A DNA stretch of 64,000 nt, from contig CM120640.1 in assembly GCA_051362555.1 (NCBI GenBank), positions 34,925,967-34,989,966 of the forward strand, in the 5' to 3' direction. Shown piece by piece: positions 54,301 through 64,000 of this stretch; position 1 is the first letter of the stretch; the number at the start of each line of letters is the position of its first letter. Under the pieces are notes generated by a model that was given only the letters and a program-made list of their open reading frames with translations, was not told the DNA's origin and searched no databases. The position numbers and the translations under genes are program-made. Source of the DNA: Lingula anatina (Eukaryota; Animalia; Brachiopoda).

Positions 54301-57048
54301 AAAATTATAGCTATAGCTGCCGTTTTTGTGGTAAAACAGAATATATTATATTTCTATGAGTTATTCACAATGTTTTTATTGTGAAATATAGATATCATAC
54401 GAAGAGTTATTATCCCTTTAATATTCCCATTCTGTATTTCAAAGCGGCTGTGAAAGCACCCCTTTTGTTACTTTCAATTTAACGTCCAATTTGAAGTGTG
54501 AAACTGTCACACGGTCACATTTCAACGGCATTCTGAGTTCTATAACAATTTATTATCTACTTTGTATAATTACCCTATATGGTGGGGATGGACTGTGAGA
54601 AGAGCAGTTTGTTCCAACTATCCAGGGTTATAAAAAAGGAATAAGACGCTTCAAAGTATCGCCGATTGCCGCATGATGGTCATTACATTTTATATCGTTA
54701 GGATTTTACGGTCGGGATATACCTACTACAGAGCTGGCGTGAACCTCGACTGGCTTCCGCAGACCGACACAGCCAACCCATATTTCTAACCTTTGGGGAG
54801 ATTTTTTCAAAAGCGTGGATGCCAGATTTGTATTTCTTGAAGGAGAAAAAAGCAAAGCGGCACAGCATTACATATCCCAACGTGATGTTACAGATCAATC
54901 CAGACGGAAGGATGGTGTATTCCCAAAGGTATGTGTATTGCAACAATACACGAATAAGTGAAGAGATCTTTATTTCATATAAACATCACACTTAGTGACT
55001 CCCCTTTTTTCGTTCAGTTGTGATGTCCAAAATTAAGTTGACATAAATTTTGAAAACATACTGTACAGGGTGACAAGAAAGAACCCATAAAACTTTTATT
55101 TCAAGAAAGTTGCTGGTCTTAAACTTCAGTATGTGCACGATCATTCTCATAAATTTTTCATAAAAGCGACCAAAATATCCAAAATGAAATAAGCTCCATG
55201 AAATAAGTGGAGACATACGTGCATACATCGCGGAAAATTATCAATTACTCGAACTCGTTCCTCGTTCGGGATTTCCCTGATTTTTTTTTCTGTGGTTGCC
55301 GCCTGAAGTTCACTAATTGTTTCAGATATCATCATTATCCTTGAGATACCCCCATAGATAAAAATCTGTGTGGTTCAAGTTTGGTGAATGCAGTCCCCAC
55401 TGTATGACTAACTTCCTGCTTATCATGAAATTTCCAGACCCCCACAAAATTATACCAAATGTCCGACCTGGTACCTGAATAAATTAATGCATAGAATTCT
55501 AGCTAGGTGTCATTCAATTTAGTCCACAGCAGAATGTAAATATTGCATGCATCAGCAGCAGCATCAGGCTCAGTTGTAAAAAGTACAATTTTCACTTCAT
55601 TGCACTAAACATGCCGTCTTACGTTTTATTTGTGTGCTTTGTTCATAGGCTCTCTTTGACAATTGGCTGCCAGTACAATTTCCTGAGGTTCCCCATGGAC
55701 ACCCAGTTCTGCAAAATTCAAATGTCTAGTTGTAAGTAAAAAAAATTAGCCTAAGCATATATCTTTAGCATTTCAATTCATTTCAATAGCATTTCAATGA
55801 AACACTTTTGTCTTATAGATAACATGCAACATCGACTTCAATTTAAAAAACGCAGTAATAACAGTTATCTTAAAACGTCCATTTTTCTCATTAATGTTGT
55901 GTACTTACTTGTGTGTCTCGTACAGCTGCATCGATTTTATCTTCATTTATATTTTTCATGAAATAGATGCTTACACAGTGGAATCTCTACAACTGCTCTG
56001 GGACGAAAAAGAACCCATACGTTTCAGTAAAAGTGATCTTAATTTTCCGGAGTTCGAACTTGTGGATATAGAAACCGATTCCGGTCTTATTTTGGATAAA
56101 CGAGGTAATTGCATATGTTGATATATTTTTTCTTGATGACAAGTTCGATGTTCTTGCCTAAATACTCAAATATACAACATTTAACCTTTTCAGTTTCTTA
56201 GATGAAATAAAAGAAGTTTTTAATTCTCTTTTATTCTAGGCAACTACTCCGTATTGACCGTAAATGTTCTCTTCTCCCGGGATCTGCGCCCCTATCTTCT
56301 GAATGTCTACATCCCAAGCATTGTCGTGGTTTTCCTGGCTTTCATGAGTATGTGGATTGACCCACGGGCAGTTCCAGCTCGAGTGACCATAGGGGTCATC
56401 ACTGTGCTGACCACTATGACACAGAGCGTCAACACCCAGCAAGGATTGCCAAAAGTGTCCTACGTCAAGGCCGTGGACGTGTGGCTCGCTACCTGCCTCG
56501 TTTTCGTGGTGGGGGCCATGTTTGAATATGCCTTGGTCAATGTTATGATTCAGAGGCTGGATGACCGAAAGGCCAGGGGAGAGATCGTCGTAAGAATACT
56601 ACTATTCTGAACTGAAGTTTGAATCGAAAACTTTAATTGACCCCCGACACTACTCGGTGACTTATAATATTCCCAAAACGCTTTTTCTTGTTGCCAAATT
56701 TGAACAAACCAACACGCTATTTCAAACCTTAACCTTTAGTTACAGCCACTTTTATGTTTACTTTTTTATTTTATTCTGGTAAAAGAGAATTAAATGACAC
56801 TCTCACATTTCTAAACTGTTTTGTTCTTTATCAATATTTAGGACGTCAAGCCAGCGCTGAATAGCATCAGTCCTTTATCTTCGGACGCCAAATACCTGGC
56901 CGGTACACCGAAACAGATCTACTGGAACCCTGCAAAGGTAGACAGCATAGGGAGGGCGCTGTTCTTTCTCTGCTTCGCATTGTTCAATATCATTTACTGG
57001 ACTGTGTATCTCAGCCTTTCAATGGAAGATCGGAAACCGCGGAAATAG
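51318..57048 (+). CDS. Cys-loop ligand-gated chloride channel subunit (GlyR/GABA-A/GluCl superfamily, ligand unknown), about 447 aa
   Basis: Exons 51318-51379 (signal MAKPMVLPVMVLLPFLMCYT), 53469-53677, 53963-54030, 54702-54928, 55649-55731, 55967-56104, 56240-56589 and 56842-57048. Motifs: WMPDLYF, Cys-loop CQYNFLRFPMDTQFC, M2 AVPARVTIGVITVLT, LPKVSYVKAVDVW, M4 FNIIYW. The 68, 83 and 138-nt exons match sizes typical of GABA-A/GlyR genes. Confidence 0.95.
54081..54417. mobile_element. 337-bp TTAA-flanked MITE (Kolobok-like), copy 2
   Basis: Perfect 19-bp TIR agggataataactcttcgt / acgaagagttattatccct with TTAA TSD. Confidence 0.92.
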
Positions 57049-57289
57049 AAATTCAGGTCCCCATACTTCCATCCCTTCTGTTGTGCCCCGCATTTACAAT
57101 AGTACTGGCACGTTGCTCATATCAAGGGCCTCATCAAGGTGACACTTTGCGTCTTGACGCCGACGAAAAGCCATGTCCATAGCATGATTTCAAAAGCAAC
57201 TTGGTTTCAATACACTTGAGGTACATTTATCTGAATTTATATCTTAAATCATACTCAGTTTCCACACCTATCACGTCTTTGTCAATTTG

Positions 57290-57500
57290 TCATGATGGTT
57301 ACCATATACGTCACTATGACGTCGTATGTTTGCTATAAGATGTTTTTTGCTGACGCCACTTTCTTTCACTGACGTCATTCGGTAGCCGAAAACAAAATGC
57401 GCAGTTCACAACAGCAGAGTAGCCGCCATTTTACTTTTAAACAAGTAATTTTGCCTTTTAAACATCACCCATAAATTATATTACTACAAAGGTAATGATT
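57290..57500. promoter_or_regulatory. Promoter-like CpG-richer patch downstream of the channel gene
   Basis: CRE-like tgacgtca near 57370, YY1-like gccgccatttt near 57422, possible donor aag|gtaatg near 57491. Confidence 0.3.
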
Positions 57501-60500
57501 TATACCTACGGGGTTATTTTTGTGTCATTGTAATAAATTGATATGGGCGTTCTCTTAATTTATGGCGGGATTCTTACATATCATTTCACAACACCAGGGT
57601 CAGTTGCACACAAGTACTTAGCCCCAAATAATGATGCGAACCTATTTCAGTTCAACCAATTTCAGTTAAAAGTTGCAAAGTAGGCCACTTCATTGCTATG
57701 AAACATTACAGACATTTACATTTCATTTATATGATTCGACTTCTACTAATTGATCTTGGTTCAAATTTGACTTAAAATCTAGGTCCAAAATTTAACACCA
57801 ATTTTTGGACTAAATTTCTTTTGTTAAAGAGGGCACTGGACCTTTTTTCGGACAGTTATGTCGAGAGGGCACGGATGACCTCACGGGGCCTTCCTTGATT
57901 GATGTCACATTGCACAGTTTTTATAACGGACGGTAGGGGTAAGGAATTAGGATTTGATACAGAACTGCGGGCGGACAAACAAACACAGTGTACGTGTAAC
58001 ACTGAATCTGGCCTTGACCCGCCAATTGACACTTTTTGAGTTGAACTAAAGAATGCATTTCTGGGGATAAAATCACCGAATTCAATTTTTTTATTCCTCT
58101 GCACTTATTTTTTAGTGTTGCTTTGTTTCTTATTCATGTTTTGATCCATTTATTTATCTAATCGTCAATTCTATAATAGTTAATCCCTCATCATAATTAT
58201 TATTACATATGGTTCATAATATGTTTACATATTTAATCTAGACGATACTTACATGTACTAATTATCAAGTATATTTTGTGGAAATACTTAATTAGCTCAG
58301 TAGGCTTTTCATTGTTAATGATGACAACACAATGCATATGAGATTAGGAACTGATGTACATAAACCCAAAGAAACTTTTCATTTTTTTTTCTGAATTAAG
58401 AAAAAACTTTAAAGGAAACACTGTTTTTAATTTTATGTATTGTAGGCATGAAAATGACTACTTGACTATAGCTAGTATTTTACATGTACTAACAAGTCGA
58501 TGGGTTAATATTGGTATAGTTGGTGTTCTTTTAGTTTATTACGAGGAAGTACTTTTTGAATCACATAAATTCATGAATTTTTCCATTTATAATATTATTT
58601 TAGACGGGATCACATCCAATGAAATATTCACATGTACAAAGTATGTATACATGTTTATTCTCAAGTGTGGTAATAAATACTTGCGTGTCCTTTTTACTAG
58701 AAAGTGTTTTATACAAACGTCGTCTTCGCACTTGATCCTGTGATTTGGAATAAAAAAAATTAACGAAACGGTTATTATATTTGTATTGTTTGGAATGAAA
58801 TTTTCTACAGGTACAGATGGAAGTAAGACGAATGGTAGTATTTGTTTTGTAGATCGAGAATTAAGAAAAAAGATGAATAAAGATCTATTTATGGTCGCGC
58901 TCCCCCCCCCCCCCAACGGGTCTCCTTCCCCTTTCTCTCACACAAATGACAATTACTTTATTTGTATTTATGCCAGATCGAATTGCATTATTATTGCCAT
59001 TTATTTCTGTGATGCTGAAGATTTTAATCTTAAAAGTACAAGTGCGTGCAGGCACACACACACACACACACGCACGCACGCATGCACGCACTAAAACAAT
59101 CTGCTAAGCCACCGATTGCACTAGAGAAGATCAGTCCTGTTCCCCTCCAGACGGCGCTATAGAACAGTTTGGTTCGCCAAACCTGGCAAAAACTACTCAG
59201 ATTGACCTACATAATGCCATTTTACTTTGGGGTGTGTAAGGATCTGAAGCTTAATTTGATTAATTTAATCTAGTGTATTTTTAAATATGTGGGAAGCAAA
59301 AGCTTCCTGTTCATTACTATTTTAGCACATTGTTAATGAAAGTTTGTCTGTCAAATTATGGTATTTGATAGAAAGGGCAGTCACTTAGGTCTTCCTGCCT
59401 CCTACCCCGGTGGATCATTTGAAACCTGAACCCTAGGAAGAGATGTCACTTCATCTTCAGTTCTGAGTGACCAGGGTGTGGACGCGAGGCGGTCAGGATA
59501 CTAAGTATATGGATATTTCAGTTTTAATCGATTCAACGAAACGTTCTAAGACAATGGATTTAGGTATTTGTCGATAGCTTATCTTTGATGCATTTTTTAA
59601 AAATGGGTTTGACGCCTGCATGCTGAACACTGGGTTTTGCCATCCACCGATATTTTCCCCACGTGATATTTTGTGTCCTCCATGCTTTTTTCTTTCATCA
59701 CGCCCCTAATGACAATGAACATTGCAGTTGTGCCTAATGTTAACTACACAAAATTTTAAGCTGCATCGGTACAATTAGTGATGGCAGTAAAGTTTTACAT
59801 GTGAAGTAATCAAGATGGGGAAAATTCTGTGGAATGGCTGTTTTAGAATTTTGGCTGTTGAAATTTAGTTGTTTTTAATAAAATTGTGTCATAATTATAG
59901 CACAGCTAAGTCATAGTTGAAAATTAAAGAACAGGATAAAGGTTTAGTGATATACGTTCATTTCAATTTTGGCATGTTTATAATAATACCATAAAATTTA
60001 ATATTTCGATCCATTGAAGTATGTGACCTAGTTAATAGTTACACTGCTTTCTGCGTGACTGATTATAAAAGCAACCATTTTCAAGGCATAGGGGGCGAAT
60101 TGCTAGCTCCAATTTGCAAGTAGGCCTAATGCTTGTACGTTATTTTGATATTTCTCATTTATGGCTAATGTTACTATTACGTTGTCAATTCAAAACGCTT
60201 TGTCCAAAGCAAGTTACCATGATTTTTTAACCTCCAAATTTAAAAGCCTTTTGTAAGTAAAATCAAAACGCAGCATATTTAACACTGCGTAGTCATTATT
60301 AACGAAACTAGTTTTATTTCGCCAAAGAAGAAAAACCGCCCCTGATGCCTTGAAACATGTTTTACTATAATTATGTCTGAGTTTGCTTCCATGACGTTTG
60401 TAAAACTATTTGCGGTATTCTTTAGCAAGGCAGCAAGTTGTGACTTGACGTTTATTTCCATTCAAATATAGTGCTCAAAAATTCGAAAAACTTGTTTTTC

Positions 60501-61293
60501 TAGTAAAGGAAAATTCACAAATGAAGCTCAATTGGACCTTTTCATCAAAAGACGAAAAAGGTACTTTGAAAACTGTTCACGTAATTTTGCACATTTGATG
60601 GACTTATTCACGTCTTTTAAATGCTTTGAAGAGAAATAAACCATATTAAAGCAGTCTTAAGTTATTGATCTTACAAATAGTACATAATCAATTAAATCCA
60701 TTTCTAAAATTGTTTAATGCGTAGTTAAAAAATTCTAACAAAAGACAAATAATTTCATATTTTTTATTTTCTAAGTAGCGAGCATTTCAATCATCACTCG
60801 GAACTTGGCCTTTACAATATTTTCACTCGCTTCGAACTGGAATTAAATTCTTAATTTTGAAGGCATGCAATGCGGTTTTGACCTATAACAAAGCAAAAAG
60901 AAAAAATCTAGAAATTTCAGCAAAGTCCCCTTTAGATTTCCTTATTCCAAAAACCGTTTCATAAATTACTACCTGCAAACCCCGTTTGGTGTTATAAATT
61001 TATATAATTCTATACCACGCGTGAAATTCACAGGTTTTTATCGCCATAGCGAGGGTGACTCAAAATCTAGTTACTGAAAACTCATATCTGTAAAAATCTT
61101 TTGAAGATTGAAAACTTGCTGTCTTGTTGAATGAAAAGTGTCATGTTTGCGGACCACAATCGGTCATTTTGTTTGGGTAATGGAGTATAAAAATTAGCAC
61201 ATTTAAGGCTCAATTTGCAAAACTTACAGGTAGTAGCAAATTAATTTGGCTAATCCAAGTCTAACGGTTAAACTGTGCATAAAAAGAACATGG

Positions 61294-61441
61294 CAGGGCC
61301 GTAGCCTGAGCAAAATGCCAGGGGGGGCAGTAAGCGGACACGAGGGGGCGAAGCTACCGAGGGGGGAGGGTGTGGTGTGTAAAATTCCAAATTCCAGGGG
61401 GGGCAGCTGCCCCCCCTGCCCCCCCGGAGGCTACGGCCCTG
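61294..61441. mobile_element. MITE with perfect 13-bp TIRs and 5-bp TSD
   Basis: cagggccgtagcc ... ggctacggccctg, with catgg on both flanks. Confidence 0.85.
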
Positions 61442-62736
61442 CATGGACATACTAAACCATTTTTGTTATTTATCTATCTTTGCTCATTTGAATTGTAACC
61501 TCAATATCACCGATTTTTCTTAAGTTAAGGTGAACAGTATGTGTAATATTTTTTTTGTAATTATTTGTTAATTATAAATTGCATTTGTGGCATAAAGATG
61601 AAAGGGAAAGTCATGTCATTCAAAGTTACCATTTTCAAAACTTCTGCTTTTTAACAATTCTATCTCAGCAGCATCTTCATTATATCAAGCAGCAGATGCA
61701 GAAATGTCTCGTATAAGAACATGATTTATATCCAGAAAGTTACATACCATTTGATACAAATTTTTGAACTTCAAAATATACATGCAAGGTGGTATAGGTA
61801 AAACCATGATTATCCCTTCCATTTGACTAGGTTTCATAATTACACGTTGCTAAACTGTTTTTTTTTTTCAATAATCAATGTCTCTAGGGGATTTTTTCAC
61901 ATTCCCCATTGAAGTGTATATCTTGTTTTGCCTTTAAACGTATCGGTTGCTGTTAAATGTTGAAATTTATTTCACAAACGGCTTGTGACAATTTTTGTAA
62001 AACTTAGTAAAAATGTGTTTTTCCTTCCAAGTAATAACTGTTGGAATTTTATGTTGTATTAAATGTAGAAAAAGCCATATCCTGAAAAAAATTCACAGCA
62101 CTTTATGGTTAAAATGAAACAAAAACAATGGCAGATACATGGTATTTTGAAAGGGTGTCACATTTTGGAATTCTTTGCAGTTTGGAGTATTTTTGTGATT
62201 TTTAAAATTTTGTGATATCAGAGTGAGTCTCTATCGATTTTTTCTGCGGTGGTGTGGGGTGAGAGTTTCTAGATCTGCCGTTGTTTTTGTTTAAAAAATG
62301 ATATTAAAAATCTTTTTGTAGTTTTTATTTTAAAAAAATTGTTTAATATTATAACAAGATCAAACATTAGTCAAGTAGTTCAATAGATTGTTTATTTATC
62401 AAATTAAACTTGAGTGAGTCATTATGTAAATATCAATATTTTTGTATTACATATTTGAATATTCAAAACTTATTGTGATTAAAATATATTACCAAATTTT
62501 TTTAACAAGTGGATGTTTGAAAGTATGAGAATACATCAATGGCAGTATGTTTTGCTCCAAATAAAATACTTTACAATTACATATAAATTGGCTTAGTGTT
62601 TTCATTGGCTCGGGGGAACTCTAAGGGTGGGGATTCGATTCGGGTACTTGGAACATATTAAATTCTTTCCAGAAGGGCTTTTAAAAATTTCCCTTGCTTA
62701 CTATAAAAGGAAAGTCTACCAGGGGTGGGTGGGTGG

Positions 62737-62972
62737 GAACACTTAGGAGAGTGGATAGCACGCGCGACTCGGACACAGCAAGACTTGGGTTCGAAACCTG
62801 GCGCTTCTAGGTCCCAGCAAATTACCTTTTACAAAAAAATACCAAATGAGTAATTTAAACCGAGATAAGAAGGCCCTATACGACTAAAAGAAAGCAAGCA
62901 GAGTCCGTGGCGCAATAGGTAAGACGGCAGAACAGTGAGTAGGAGGTAAAGGGTTCGAGGTGACCAGGGGGA
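62737..62972 (+). repeat. Two tandem tRNA-derived (SINE-head-like) remnants
   Basis: Box B ggttcgaaacc near 62788 with a degenerate box A. The second unit has box A tggcgcaatagg (62908) and box B ggttcgag (62952). No intact cloverleaf is apparent. Confidence 0.5.
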
Positions 62973-64000
62973 AGAATTTCTTTTGCAAGTTTTGAACGAA
63001 GTAGAGCATTTGTACGTTTATTATTGTCAAAATGAATTATTTACAACATTAAATTTTTACAAAAAAATAATGAAAATGTAACATTTTGTGATCTAAATTA
63101 ATAAACATTAAATTTTAACAGAAAAAAGTATATATCTGTAAACATGATCGAAGATTTTATGCATTTTGAACATTGTTACATTGTATAAGCATTATGAAAA
63201 AATAAATTCAAGATCGTAACATTTGAAAGACTTTGACAAGAACTGATAAGAGACACAATGGATTTTTTTAATAAATTGTACTTGGCAACTATTTGTCAAA
63301 GTTGACATTAGTGCCCTGTTTGTATCGTATTCCATCAAAATATTTCCGTCCCAATTTAGAGGTTGTAACAATTTTAAAAATGCAAATAATCTGCTGAAAG
63401 CGTCATTAATGCACTAACGCACACGAGCATGTAGACATACCTTGTCCTATGTCGTCTCGTTGATGTTTGTATACTAAATCGAACAGTAGCCAAAATTTCT
63501 TCATGTTTGTAAGATTTCTGGTTGTTTTGCTAATTAATATTTTTTTTTAAATTTTGTTTCCTTTGCACTAAATCCGAAACAAATATTATACATGGTGTAA
63601 ATGTGGATGAAAATGCACACTTGAAAAGCATGGGAATCAGGAGCGACATAAAGACATGACCGGTTTACAAGATTATCCAAGTCTTTGCCAACAGAATAAT
63701 ATACACACAAAACTGAAAAGGTTACGCAAAAATCAGTACACTTGAAGTGGCTTTTCATATTCCCTGAAAATTAACTCTGGTTCTCAGTGATGACACAAAG
63801 CACAAATAACACAACATGGGCATGCAGGACTGATATCTAACCAAGCCTGTCCTTCTCAATCACACCTTGTTCCCAAAAAAGATTAAATGTATAAGAATTC
63901 AGAACAACTTTTTTTAGAATGCTCCTCTGCACATTTAAGGCATGTTTTTCACTTTAAAGATTCAAACCAAACGAAGTATTAAGGTTTACATACACTTTGG

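Noticed and set aside
58354-59094. Several overlapping 100-130 aa ORFs
   Set aside because: AT-rich and low-complexity, running through poly-C and (CA)n tracts with no domain signal.
62737-62972. Functional tRNA genes
   Set aside because: The acceptor and anticodon stems do not pair convincingly.

Overview
AT-rich, intron-containing animal genomic DNA, probably an invertebrate (the taxon cannot be fixed from sequence). I built seven spliced gene models by hand from GT-AG sites and frame continuity. (1) The 3' end of an unidentified His-tract protein (+, to 14539), with several candidate alternative exons in the upstream intronic region. (2-4) A cluster of three GPI-anchored Ly6/uPAR three-finger (quiver/sleepless-like) genes at 18210-20241 (+), 22563-29863 (+) and 37850-35264 (-). 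(5) A stathmin-domain-like protein (+, 38659-41432). (6) A TNF-receptor-superfamily member with no recognisable death domain (+, 43790-49763). (7) An anion-selective Cys-loop ligand-gated ion channel subunit (+, 51318-57048) with a divergent agonist pocket. The strongest novel signal is in the third Ly6 gene, which has two tandem paralogous copies of exon 2 (each encoding Cys1-Cys5) separated by only 59 nt. This architecture predicts mutually exclusive splicing that swaps half of the three-finger domain. Introns and intergenic DNA hold TTAA-flanked Kolobok-like elements, other MITEs, a perfect hairpin, tRNA-like remnants and microsatellites. Most ORFs in the supplied track are spurious. No database searches were run.
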